From positions 1-25,654 of the forward strand of contig JAVHQC010000038.1 in assembly GCA_036170915.1 (NCBI GenBank): a stretch of DNA of 25,654 nt, written 5' to 3'. The stretch comes from Cyanobacteria bacterium auto_48_18. Its GTDB lineage: Bacteria; Cyanobacteriota; Vampirovibrionia; Obscuribacterales; Obscuribacteraceae. Position numbers and translations under genes: made by a program. Below the pieces are notes generated by a model. The model made no database searches. It saw only the letters and a list, made by a program, of their open reading frames with translations, and was not told the origin of the DNA. Of this stretch, positions 8,978 through 17,968 are shown piece by piece (within the stretch, counting starts at the first letter, position 1; every line of letters starts with the position of its first letter).

Positions 8978-10705
8978 TTGGCTAGCACTAGTCAAATATC
9001 AGCTTCTATACATGCTAACCGGCGTCGTAACTCGCGCTTGCTACTTGCGTTCACCCTGATTGGCGTTAGCGTGGTGGTGGTTCCAGGTGTATTTTTCGTG
9101 TGTCAAGACAGCAGCCAGCGCAATGAATTTTGCCATCGCCTGAGTACGCTCACCACAGGGCTCGGTTCTAGCTTTTCAAATCTTCCAGATATTTCCAAAA
9201 TGTTCGCCGGTCAGAGCCCGAGTGGCAGCGACCTTCCGGTAGCTCACAACGAGAAAAGCGACAAGCATAAAGGTCAGCCTGTTGCCACAGCGCGCAACAT
9301 AGGCGTCACCGCAGGCAACGTCAAAATGATTGACGAAGCCGTCAAAATGCTCGAAGGTCAAATTGCTCAAAATCCTAAAGATGCTTCCCTCCATAACCGC
9401 CTGGGCTTAATTTATGCCGAGCTGGGTGAGTTAGGGCAAGCCGAGGCTCAGTTCACTCAAGCCATTCAGATTGCTCGCACCGAAATTGCCGAGGGCCGCC
9501 AAAGTCTGGAAGCGAAAAAGGCAGCCGGTGAATTTGCTGACGCCAGTCAGTTGATGCTCAGCAATTCGAAAAATGCTTTAGAGCTATCTACCGCTCACAG
9601 CAATCTGGCTCGCGTTTTTGAAAAACTCGGACAGCAATCTAAAGTGGTGGCACAACTAGAACAACTAAACAGAGACGTGCGCATCGGTGAAGGAATCACT
9701 GGGGGGGTTAGTGGTTCATCAGCCATGTCGCCTCTCGCTCAAGGTTTAGCCGGCAGCACCAAAAGCGATACCGTGGGCAAAAACAAAGCTTCCATGCGCG
9801 TTGTCGAAGGTATGGCTCGTGCCGAAGCTCTAATGCAGGCACATCTTTTGCCCCAAGCAATGCATGAGTGGAAACAGATTGTAGAAATCGACCCTACCAT
9901 TGCCGAAGCGCATGAAAAACTCGGCACTGCCGCACTGTCGTCAGGCAATATTGCTCTAGCCACACAAGAATTGAAAAAAGCTGCACAGCTCATTCCGGGC
10001 AAAGCAAGTATTCATGCCGCTTTGGGCATCTGTTATCAGTGCCGCACCAGAAACAAAGAAGCGATTGACGAGTTTAATAAAGCTCTGGCGCTTAACCCCA
10101 AAGACGCTCAAACATCTTTCAATTTAGGAAATGCTTATGCAGCCCTGGGACAAAATAAAGATGCCAGACGTTGTTATTTGCAAGCAATAGCAATCAGACC
10201 AGAAATGGCTGTAGCACACAATAATTTAGCCACTCTGTATTCTCTCAGCGGCAACTACGATCAAGCTATAGAACAATTTGAGCACACTCTTAGTTTGGCA
10301 CCAAATATGGCTTCAGCTCACTACGGGCTGGGCCTGGCCTTCTACAATAAATCAGAGTTCGATAAAGCGGTGCGTGAGTTTAAAATCGCACTGGCAATAA
10401 ATCCGGCCCTGGTTGATGCTCACACAAAAATTGAGCTCTGCCACCACCGCAATAATGGTCAGAATCAAAGAGAAGTTGGTTTTGCATCAGGTTCAGGTTC
10501 TGGCTCAGGCGGCAGTCAAATGTCTATGGGCAGCGGCGGCAGACGAGTACGCTCCGCTTCTAATGTAGACGAAGGACGCCATCGCACACTAACCATGACC
10601 AACGTAAATGGTGACAATGTGGTTGCCCACCGTCAACGCAAAGTGTCACTGAGTTCTCCTATTGATGAAGGCAGCAACCGAGCGCTGGTGCAACGACTAA
10701 ACTAG
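8978..10705 (+). CDS. Membrane-anchored multi-TPR protein with a Gly/Ser/Arg-rich tail
   Basis: Basic stretch plus hydrophobic N-terminal anchor; canonical TPRs (AQTSFNLGNAYAALG, AVAHNNLATLY, ASAHYGLGLAFY); GSGSGSGG tail. Confidence 0.88.
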   Translation: MASTSQISASIHANRRRNSRLLLAFTLIGVSVVVVPGVFFVCQDSSQRNEFCHRLSTLTTGLGSSFSNLPDISKMFAGQSPSGSDLPVAHNEKSDKHKGQPVATARNIGVTAGNVKMIDEAVKMLEGQIAQNPKDASLHNRLGLIYAELGELGQAEAQFTQAIQIARTEIAEGRQSLEAKKAAGEFADASQLMLSNSKNALELSTAHSNLARVFEKLGQQSKVVAQLEQLNRDVRIGEGITGGVSGSSAMSPLAQGLAGSTKSDTVGKNKASMRVVEGMARAEALMQAHLLPQAMHEWKQIVEIDPTIAEAHEKLGTAALSSGNIALATQELKKAAQLIPGKASIHAALGICYQCRTRNKEAIDEFNKALALNPKDAQTSFNLGNAYAALGQNKDARRCYLQAIAIRPEMAVAHNNLATLYSLSGNYDQAIEQFEHTLSLAPNMASAHYGLGLAFYNKSEFDKAVREFKIALAINPALVDAHTKIELCHHRNNGQNQREVGFASGSGSGSGGSQMSMGSGGRRVRSASNVDEGRHRTLTMTNVNGDNVVAHRQRKVSLSSPIDEGSNRALVQRLN

Positions 10706-10708
10706 GCC

Positions 10709-11248
10709 ATGTCTGAGACAATAATTTTAATTGGTCTTTCTGGTGCAGGTAAATCTAGCATTGCGCACGAACTCGCTCAGAGACTCAATTTCGAATATCT
10801 CGACAGCGATCAATCAATTGAAGAAAAAACAGGTCAGACCATTAGCGAACTTTTTCAGCAGAGAGGCGAAGCAGAGTTTCGCTTGCTTGAAAATCAGTGG
10901 TTGAACAGTTTGCCCCAGGGCACTGAAAATGGCGAAATTCATCGAGGTCAAGTAATCGCCTGTGGTGGCGGGCTGCCCATTGCTGCTGGCAACATAGAAA
11001 AATTAAATGGTCTGGGTACGACGATTTATTTGCAAGCTGAAGAAACAGTGTTGGCACACCGAATTGGCAATGGTCAAAATCGACCTCTGCTATCTGGGTC
11101 TGAAGATATCGTAGTCAAGATAAAAGCCATGCTGGCAAGCCGTCGCAACCGTTACGAACAAGCCCACATGACAATCGATACAAGCCACAAAACTGTGGCC
11201 GAAGTGGCCGACGAGATTCAAAGAATCCTCACAAACACAACACTTTGA
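10709..11248 (+). CDS. aroK: Shikimate kinase
   Basis: GLSGAGKS Walker A, DSDQSIE, GEAEFRLLE, ACGGG, RPLL. Confidence 0.95.
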   Translation: MSETIILIGLSGAGKSSIAHELAQRLNFEYLDSDQSIEEKTGQTISELFQQRGEAEFRLLENQWLNSLPQGTENGEIHRGQVIACGGGLPIAAGNIEKLNGLGTTIYLQAEETVLAHRIGNGQNRPLLSGSEDIVVKIKAMLASRRNRYEQAHMTIDTSHKTVAEVADEIQRILTNTTL

Positions 11249-11327
11249 GCCGAGGGCGTTATAGTATCTGTTAGCACAATAAATCGGTAGTTATTTATTA
11301 GGCCACAGGGTTCCGGAGGACACGATC

Positions 11328-11966
11328 TTGTCAGCAGTGACACAAGATGAGCTAATGTACTTGCAGTCTCAACTCGAGGGGCTGGAGTCGATTTTTATGG
11401 AGCTCATGCCGTTCAGCATCGAACTGAAGCGCCAGCATGTGCAAGATTATTATGACAAGCGCTTTGACGCCGCCACTAAACCGGTTTCTTCCGTGGCCGA
11501 AACCGAACTGCGCCGCCAGTTCAATACTAAGGCCAACCAGGTGCGCAACCTTGTTGACAGCGCCGAATCACTGGGTGATGCCGGCAACAAACTCAATCTA
11601 ATCAGGGCAGCCGCATCTTTACCCGAAGAGCGCAGCAAAGGCTTATTAAATTCGGTTTTGCAGTTTTGCAAAGGCTTGGTCATGGAGACCAGGACCGAAC
11701 CTGAGTTATTTAAAGAGATTATCGCCTCTAAAGAACTGCGGGCGGTTGAAGCGCGTGTGCTGCTTGGTTCAACAATGTTTATCATCGCCGACGAAGTCAA
11801 ATATGGCGACAAAATGCTACCACTGCGCGATTTGCTCGGTCAACTTTTACAGATGGTGAGACAGGAAGGGTTGCTCACGCGCAATGATCCATTCCTGATT
11901 GAAGCTCAATGCGCCATGGAAGCACTTGAACTTGACGCCGAAGAGGCCGAGGCTGCCCAAGCTTGA
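11328..11966 (+). CDS. Hypothetical, predicted all-alpha cytoplasmic protein
   Basis: 212-aa ORF, strong GGAGGA SD before a TTG start, stop overlaps the aroQ start (TTGA); family not recognised. Confidence 0.85.
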   Translation: MSAVTQDELMYLQSQLEGLESIFMELMPFSIELKRQHVQDYYDKRFDAATKPVSSVAETELRRQFNTKANQVRNLVDSAESLGDAGNKLNLIRAAASLPEERSKGLLNSVLQFCKGLVMETRTEPELFKEIIASKELRAVEARVLLGSTMFIIADEVKYGDKMLPLRDLLGQLLQMVRQEGLLTRNDPFLIEAQCAMEALELDAEEAEAAQA

Positions 11967-12415
11967 AAATACTGGTTATCAACGGCCCCAATTTGAATTT
12001 GTTGGGCACACGTGAACAGTCAACTTATGGCAAAACCACTCTCAGCGATGTGGAAAACAGACTGAAATCGTTGGCAGTCGAACTATCTAACACCCACAGT
12101 CAGGCTCTTACACTCGAATTTGTGCAATCAAATATCGAAGGCGAACTGGTATCAGTAATACAGTCCACGTTAAATAGTGATGTAGCCGGCATTTTGATTA
12201 ATCCTGGTGCTTATGGCCACACATCTATCGCCATGCGTGATGCTTTTCTGGCAGTAGCAGTACCTTTTGTTGAAGTGCATGTTTCAAATATTTATGCCCG
12301 TGAAACATTTCGCCACCATTCTTATTTGACTGATATTGCTAAAGGTATAGTCGCCGGTTTTGGCGCTAACAGTTACGAATTGGGGCTAAAAGCACTTTTT
12401 GAGGCCTTGTTGTAA
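11963..12415 (+). CDS. aroQ: Type II 3-dehydroquinate dehydratase
   Basis: NGPNLNLLGTRE..YG, QSNIEGE, INPGAYGHTSIA, EVHVSN..RE.FRHHS. Confidence 0.97.
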   Translation: MKILVINGPNLNLLGTREQSTYGKTTLSDVENRLKSLAVELSNTHSQALTLEFVQSNIEGELVSVIQSTLNSDVAGILINPGAYGHTSIAMRDAFLAVAVPFVEVHVSNIYARETFRHHSYLTDIAKGIVAGFGANSYELGLKALFEALL

Positions 12416-12421
12416 TGTAAT

Positions 12422-12558
12422 TCATTCAACTGCTCATTCAGCTGCTCGACTGCATCAAGCGGATATAATGAACTCGGAGTAGAATATTCGCCATGGAAAA
12501 CCACAACCAGAGAGCAATTGGAGCAATTAATTCAGGCATGAATATTTCAGGCATGAAT
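12422..12558. repeat. Cluster of short tandem duplications upstream of the TPR gene
   Basis: TCATTCA[A/G]CTGC x2 (12422-12445) and TTCAGGCATGAAT x2 (12531-12543, 12546-12558); a TATAAT hexamer lies at 12464-12469. Confidence 0.6.
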
Positions 12559-12597
12559 GATTGTTTTATAGCCACCAGACATACAAGACTATTAGAC

Positions 12598-13659
12598 ATG
12601 TTATCTAAGCCGACGCCTTTGCTTAGCTTTCTGGCCGTTATCAGTCTACTGAGCTGGCAAAGTTGTGGGCCCGCATTTTGTCAAGAAGACGATGCCGGCT
12701 CTGGCCAAACACAACCAGCGCCAAAGCCTGAGCCAAAACCTGAAGCTAAAAAAGCCCTATCGGCGGAAGCAGTCAAGCATTATAACCGCGGCCTGGAGTT
12801 TCACCAGTCTGGTTTTCTGGTTAAAGCTATCGAGGAATATAAAGCCGCCATCGCTGCCGACGATAGGCTTGAGCAGGCATACAGCAACCTTGGACTGATT
12901 TATATTTCTCAAAAAAGCTACGAGCTGGCCCAAGATGCGTTTAACAAGGCATTATTTCTGCGGCCAAATCGTCCTACGTCATTGAATGGTTTAGCTTCCG
13001 TTTTGTATGCCCGCGGTAAGGTGGGCCCCGCCATTGAGAACTGGCAAAAAGCGGTGGAGATCGATCCCAAATTTGCCAGCGCTTATTTCAATATGGGTAC
13101 CGCGCTCGAGTCGCAGAAAAAGCCTGACGAGGCTCTCAAAGTTTATGTCAGAGCCATTAACATAGCACCAGATATGGCCGACGCTTACTACCATATGGCT
13201 AACTTATTGAGCAAAGAAAAACATCCGGCGCAGGCACTTGTACTCTTTCGCAAATCTGTTGAGCTGGCACCAGAATCAGAATTTGCCCGAGATGCGCGTA
13301 AACAAATTTCCGGCATAGAGAACCAGTTTGTTAAAGAGTCCGGCAAGACCACTAAAGCGGCAAACAAACTCGTAGGCGAAAATACTATCACCACATCAAC
13401 AGCTACCGAGTCACCATCTATGGGGGCAACAAAAAGAGAAATTGCTGAGACCGCCCGGCGTGACGCTGAAAAAAAGCAAATGCTGAAAGAGGCTAAGGCA
13501 AAGGGTTTGGTTCCAAAAGAAGCGCCTAAAGAACGCGGTGCCTTCTTCGGTTTTGGCAAACCCAAAAAAGTTGATCCTAATTTGAAAATGTTTGTACAAC
13601 CGCCTCCGCAGCAAAAACCTGACCTCTATCCAAATAAGTCTCCCGAGATCGAACCATAA
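12598..13659 (+). CDS. Exported TPR-repeat protein with a charged, Pro-rich tail (alternative start 12493)
   Basis: About five TPRs (QAYSNLGLIY, SAYFNMGTAL, DAYYHMANLL). ATG 12598 yields a signal-peptide-like MLSKPTPLLSFLAVISLLSWQSCGPAFC. Confidence 0.87.
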   Translation: MLSKPTPLLSFLAVISLLSWQSCGPAFCQEDDAGSGQTQPAPKPEPKPEAKKALSAEAVKHYNRGLEFHQSGFLVKAIEEYKAAIAADDRLEQAYSNLGLIYISQKSYELAQDAFNKALFLRPNRPTSLNGLASVLYARGKVGPAIENWQKAVEIDPKFASAYFNMGTALESQKKPDEALKVYVRAINIAPDMADAYYHMANLLSKEKHPAQALVLFRKSVELAPESEFARDARKQISGIENQFVKESGKTTKAANKLVGENTITTSTATESPSMGATKREIAETARRDAEKKQMLKEAKAKGLVPKEAPKERGAFFGFGKPKKVDPNLKMFVQPPPQQKPDLYPNKSPEIEP

Positions 13660-13660
13660 T

Positions 13661-14227
13661 ATGTTTGATAAAGAAGCCAAGCTCAATGAACTGGCTCTGG
13701 TCATTGAAGGTAAGGTTGTCGACGACAGTGATCGCGTAGAAGTATGCATTAAGGGCACAGTGCTCGGATTTCCGGCGACTATAGAAGCCTTACGCGCCAA
13801 TTTTCCATTTGGTGCTTCGTTTTTTTTAGAAACTGACGTACTCAATGAACATAATTCCAGCAGTGATCAGCAAGGTTTTACTCTTACTATCAGCCCGAAA
13901 GTAGTCACCGGATTTTGGGCCAATTTCAGCCGCATTTTACTAATCGATCATCAGACAAAATTGATCGGCGACAAACGCTTTGACAATCATTATCTCGCAG
14001 TTACAAACAACGATGAAGAAGCGCGCCGCTTCATCAGATATCCGGCGATGATGGACAAAATTATTTTGCTTTCGCGCACCTGCAGCTTTACCGAGGTGCA
14101 CATTCGTGCTGGACACGGGCTGGTGACAGTGCAACCAACATCAATTGAAAAACTTGATGGTGACGTGGTGCGCGAGTCTTTCAGAGTGATGGGAGAAATG
14201 GCTCAAGTAATGTTTGAGGCTTTCTAA
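13661..14227 (+). CDS. Hypothetical protein
   Basis: ATG 1 nt after the upstream stop and stop abutting the next ATG, consistent with operon packing; no motif recognised. Confidence 0.8.
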   Translation: MFDKEAKLNELALVIEGKVVDDSDRVEVCIKGTVLGFPATIEALRANFPFGASFFLETDVLNEHNSSSDQQGFTLTISPKVVTGFWANFSRILLIDHQTKLIGDKRFDNHYLAVTNNDEEARRFIRYPAMMDKIILLSRTCSFTEVHIRAGHGLVTVQPTSIEKLDGDVVRESFRVMGEMAQVMFEAF

Positions 14228-14827
14228 ATGAGCCTTTCGCGTCCGCAATACATTGCCGAGGTGCAATCAAAATTACAAGATTATCTCGCCATTAGCCCAC
14301 ACGAGTCGCTGCGCATCGAAACATTGCTGAAGCAACTAGCCACAGGAGACGTGGCTTTGTCTGATAGAAAGAATATGGTCGGTCACCTCACAGCCAGTGC
14401 GCTGGTGCTCAACAGTGAGGGCTCTCATGTCTTGCTTATCGCCCACAAAAGTCTTGGTCGCTGGCTTCAACCAGGCGGTCACATAGAGCCTGATGAAGAG
14501 CTTGAAGCCGCGGCACGCCGTGAGCTTGTGGAAGAGACCGGTTTGAGCGCAGTGAGACTGTTAAACGAACTGCCAATTGATGTTGATAGCCACGAGATTC
14601 CGGCCAACGCACAGAAAGGCGAGGGGCCTCACCTGCACCACGATTTTCAATATCTGTATCAGCTGACCTCTCCTGCCGCCATTGCCCTGCAAGAAGATGA
14701 GGTATCACAGTTCAAATGGGTGAGCCTCGATGATTTAGCCCACGGCGACTATGGCCGTCGGTTAAGCCGAGTGAGCGCCAAGCTCAGCGATCTAAAAGGC
14801 CAAGAGGGTAGCCTGGTGGGCCTCTAA
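14228..14827 (+). CDS. Nudix hydrolase
   Basis: Nudix box GHIEPDEELEAAARRELVEETGL (GX5EX7REUXEEXGU); also GHLTASA and H.HHD motifs. Confidence 0.93.
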   Translation: MSLSRPQYIAEVQSKLQDYLAISPHESLRIETLLKQLATGDVALSDRKNMVGHLTASALVLNSEGSHVLLIAHKSLGRWLQPGGHIEPDEELEAAARRELVEETGLSAVRLLNELPIDVDSHEIPANAQKGEGPHLHHDFQYLYQLTSPAAIALQEDEVSQFKWVSLDDLAHGDYGRRLSRVSAKLSDLKGQEGSLVGL

Positions 14828-14956
14828 GCCAAAAGCAAAGAGAAAAGGATTGTTACGGACCAGGGTATTTATCTGGCTTTGTGCTAAATTTACTGTGTGG
14901 GTGGTTACTCTAAGTAAATGACTTACTCACATACAAGCACAAAAGAGGTATCGGAT

Positions 14957-15310
14957 ATGGCAGACACTACCACAGCGCCTACTTCCACAACCATTGTCGG
15001 TTTAACTGAAGTTGCAGCAGCAGAAGTGAAAAGACTTCTCGTTGATGAGCAAGGTAAAACTGGTCTGCGGATGGAAATTAAAGGTGGCGGTTGCTCAGGC
15101 ATGTCTTACGGCATGAGCTTTGACAATGCTCAAGAAAAAGATCATGTAGTTGAAGCGCACGGCGTCAAACTTTTCATCGATCCTAAAAGCGCTATTTATC
15201 TGAAAGGAACAGTTCTGGATTTCCAGAGCGGTCTTGAAGGACAGGGCTTCGTCATCAAAAATCCACAAGCAAAAAGCTCATGTGGTTGCGGCAATTCATT
15301 CTCGGTTTAA
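14957..15310 (+). CDS. iscA: A-type Fe-S cluster carrier (IscA/ErpA/HesB family)
   Basis: GGGCSGMSY and C-terminal SCGCGNSF; GAGGT SD favours ATG 14957 over 14918. Confidence 0.95.
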   Translation: MADTTTAPTSTTIVGLTEVAAAEVKRLLVDEQGKTGLRMEIKGGGCSGMSYGMSFDNAQEKDHVVEAHGVKLFIDPKSAIYLKGTVLDFQSGLEGQGFVIKNPQAKSSCGCGNSFSV

Positions 15311-15348
15311 ATACTGAATTTTGATCAAGCACTTAGTTAGATAACGAG

Positions 15349-15381
15349 AACGTGCCGGTCAATTGTCCGGCACGTTTTTTT
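15349..15381 (+). terminator. Intrinsic terminator after iscA
   Basis: AACGTGCCGG (15349-15358) pairs with CCGGCACGTT (15367-15376); T-run to 15381. Confidence 0.85.
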
Positions 15382-15411
15382 CGACTACGAACCACCAGGA
15401 ATATAGCTTTT

Positions 15412-17151
15412 ATGGGCAAACTTCAAATTTATAGTCAGTCATCAGCCCCGCTGGGCCAGATGCCTCTAGCCACTGGCTACGCCCTGGCCCCCTACAGCTT
15501 AATTGAAGTCCATGGCCCTGACGCCCAGCGTTTTCTCAATTCGCAGACCACCAGCGACGTTAAAGCACTTCAGCCTTATCAATCACAAAAAAGTGCTTTG
15601 CTTGATCGTAAAGCGAAAGTGGTGGCATACTTCACTCTCTACCGTAAAAACAAAAGCTATCGCATCGTTTGTGAAAATGCCCAGACGCAAACCATTCTCG
15701 AGCATTTAGATAAATATGTTTTTTCCGATAAAGTAGAAATTTTCAATCTCAGCGCAGGCTCTATGTTGGCAATAATCGGGAGCGACGCCCGAGTATTGAT
15801 CAACGAAAATTTGACCAGTGAAAAAAATCTTGCGCTTTTTGATCGCGATCTAATTGACGGTGAACTGGCTAATATAGGCGTACATATTTTTAAAGCACAT
15901 TTATCTAGCCGCGAAGCGTTTCTGATTTATTGCGACGCCCAGAATTTTCAGAATCTGCAAACTAAGCTAGAACCAAGTTTTGAGCGTTTCAAACTAAAAG
16001 AGCTAAGTGCCGATGACTTGATTGTTGAAAGAATTGAAGCCGGTGTTGCCCAATTCGGCAAAGATTTTGACAGCGACAATTTGATTATCGAGCTGGGCAT
16101 GGAAGACACTGCCATAAGCTACACCAAAGGTTGCTTTCAAGGGCAGGAAGTGTTGGCTCGCGTAAAAAGCCACGGCTCACCAAACAAACAGCTGGCAGGG
16201 CTGGTTTTAGAACCTGCAGCATCCATTGAATGCGGCACTCCTCTTATGGTTGCCGGCCAGGAAGCAGCGCAAGTCTTATCGAACGGCTACTCAAGCAAAT
16301 TGGGCAAGCAAATTGCTTTGGCTCTGGTTAAGCGCGATTACCGCACTCCTGGACGCGTTTTAGAAGCCTCGGCAGGCGAGTGGAACGGCACAGCCACGGT
16401 GCAGATGCTGCCATTTATACAAAATTCTGATCCTAAAGCAAAGGCGCGTGAACTCTACCAGGGCGCCTTGCAGCTTTACACCACAGGTGGTGCACCCGAA
16501 AACAATATTGCCCAGGCGATCACTGATTTGCGCAACGCGCTTTTACTTGACAGCACTATGGAAGATGCTTATGAAGCACTAGGCGTTATTCTTTCAAAAG
16601 AAGGCCAAATCGACGAAGCGGTGGAACTTATGGAAGCCCTGACCCGCATCAATCCTGACTCAATTATGGCTTATGCTAACCTCTCTGTATTTTATCTGGA
16701 ACAAGGCGGCGACAAAGAAAAAGCTGAAGAAGCTAAGGCTCAGTCTATGAGCATTCGTATGCGCCTGGCTGCTAAAGAAGCAATGCAACAGCATCAAGAA
16801 AAAGAAGACAGCGCCAAAATTGAAGCCGAGGCTCGCGAGCGGCAGGCAATGTTTGAACAAGTAATCGAAATTGACGCCGACGACTTATTTGCTAATAACG
16901 GCCTTGGTAATTGCTATAACATCTTGAAAGAGTATGCACTTGCTGAAAAATATTTGCTTAAAGCCTTAGCGATTAAACCGACTCACACAGTGGCATACCA
17001 GGAGCTGGGCACTACATATGAAGGGCTCGGTCAACTAGATAAAGCCATGGATACTTACAAAGCAGGCATTGATGTTGCCGCACAGAAAGGTGACATGACA
17101 CCACTGAAAGCGATGCAAAGTCGCTTAGACGCACTATCTAAACAACAGTAG
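15412..17151 (+). CDS. ygfZ: YgfZ/GcvT-like folate-binding Fe-S repair protein fused to a C-terminal TPR region
   Basis: V.GPDA.RFLN.QTT.DV, RIEAG and signature KGCFQGQE; ~230 C-terminal residues are TPR/helical. Start moved to ATG 15412 (AGGA SD) because 15352 lies inside the terminator hairpin. Confidence 0.9.
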   Translation: MGKLQIYSQSSAPLGQMPLATGYALAPYSLIEVHGPDAQRFLNSQTTSDVKALQPYQSQKSALLDRKAKVVAYFTLYRKNKSYRIVCENAQTQTILEHLDKYVFSDKVEIFNLSAGSMLAIIGSDARVLINENLTSEKNLALFDRDLIDGELANIGVHIFKAHLSSREAFLIYCDAQNFQNLQTKLEPSFERFKLKELSADDLIVERIEAGVAQFGKDFDSDNLIIELGMEDTAISYTKGCFQGQEVLARVKSHGSPNKQLAGLVLEPAASIECGTPLMVAGQEAAQVLSNGYSSKLGKQIALALVKRDYRTPGRVLEASAGEWNGTATVQMLPFIQNSDPKAKARELYQGALQLYTTGGAPENNIAQAITDLRNALLLDSTMEDAYEALGVILSKEGQIDEAVELMEALTRINPDSIMAYANLSVFYLEQGGDKEKAEEAKAQSMSIRMRLAAKEAMQQHQEKEDSAKIEAEARERQAMFEQVIEIDADDLFANNGLGNCYNILKEYALAEKYLLKALAIKPTHTVAYQELGTTYEGLGQLDKAMDTYKAGIDVAAQKGDMTPLKAMQSRLDALSKQQ

Positions 17152-17163
17152 AGAGCCGAAAGC

Positions 17164-17955
17164 ATGCCGCGATCAAAAGCACTGAGCGCATTTGCCATAG
17201 CCATCTATATTTTCATGTACGTGCCCATTTTAGTGCTTATAGTTTTTAGTTTCGACAATTCGCGACTAGCCGTTGAGTGGCATGGATTTACTTTGCAATG
17301 GTATGAAAAACTCTTTCACAATGAAGCGGTGGCCTCGGCCTTAAGTAACAGCCTGATTGTGGCTTTAATTTCAGTGGCGATTTCTGTTGTTATGGGAGTG
17401 CTCGTCGCGGTTGGCCTCAGCCGAGCTAAATTTAAAGGCACATCAATGGTACGAGGCTTGATTGTCTTGCCTATCATTGTGCCTGAAATTGCTATGGCGG
17501 TGGGGGCATTGATTTTGTTCATTGCTATCGGATTACCTCTGGGCTTGGCCTCGGTCATAGTCGCTCATATTGTATTTTGTCTCTCTTATGTTGCTCTCAC
17601 TGTCATGGCCAGACTGGAAGGTCTCAACCCGCAACTTAACGAAGCAGCACTAGACCTTGGTGCCACGCCGGTAGAGGCTTTCTTTAAAGTAACACTACCA
17701 ATATTATTACCCGGCATCATCTCTGGTGCCCTGCTGGCTTTTGTTTTGTCTTTAGATGATTTTGTCATCACCCAGTTTACTGCCGGCGTTGGTGCCACCA
17801 CTTTGCCGCTACGCATTTACAGCATGGTCAAATTTGGTGTCAGCCCTGAAATTAACGCACTTTCCACCCTGATGCTGACTGTGACAATTTTGATTACCCT
17901 CCTGGCTGAGTGGGTGAGAACACACCGTGGTCACGTTGAGACTTTGCAGCACTGA
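17164..17955 (+). CDS. potC: Spermidine/putrescine-type ABC transporter permease (PotC-like)
   Basis: YVPILVLIVFSF, FTLQWY, EAALDLGA (EAA loop), FVLSLDDF, TLPLRIYSM..GVSPEINA. Confidence 0.9.
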   Translation: MPRSKALSAFAIAIYIFMYVPILVLIVFSFDNSRLAVEWHGFTLQWYEKLFHNEAVASALSNSLIVALISVAISVVMGVLVAVGLSRAKFKGTSMVRGLIVLPIIVPEIAMAVGALILFIAIGLPLGLASVIVAHIVFCLSYVALTVMARLEGLNPQLNEAALDLGATPVEAFFKVTLPILLPGIISGALLAFVLSLDDFVITQFTAGVGATTLPLRIYSMVKFGVSPEINALSTLMLTVTILITLLAEWVRTHRGHVETLQH

Positions 17956-17968
17956 TTAAACGCAGTTA

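Noticed and set aside
14873..14885. Sigma54 promoter (TGGC...TGC) upstream of iscA
   Set aside because: GG-to-GC spacing is 6 nt, not the required 10.
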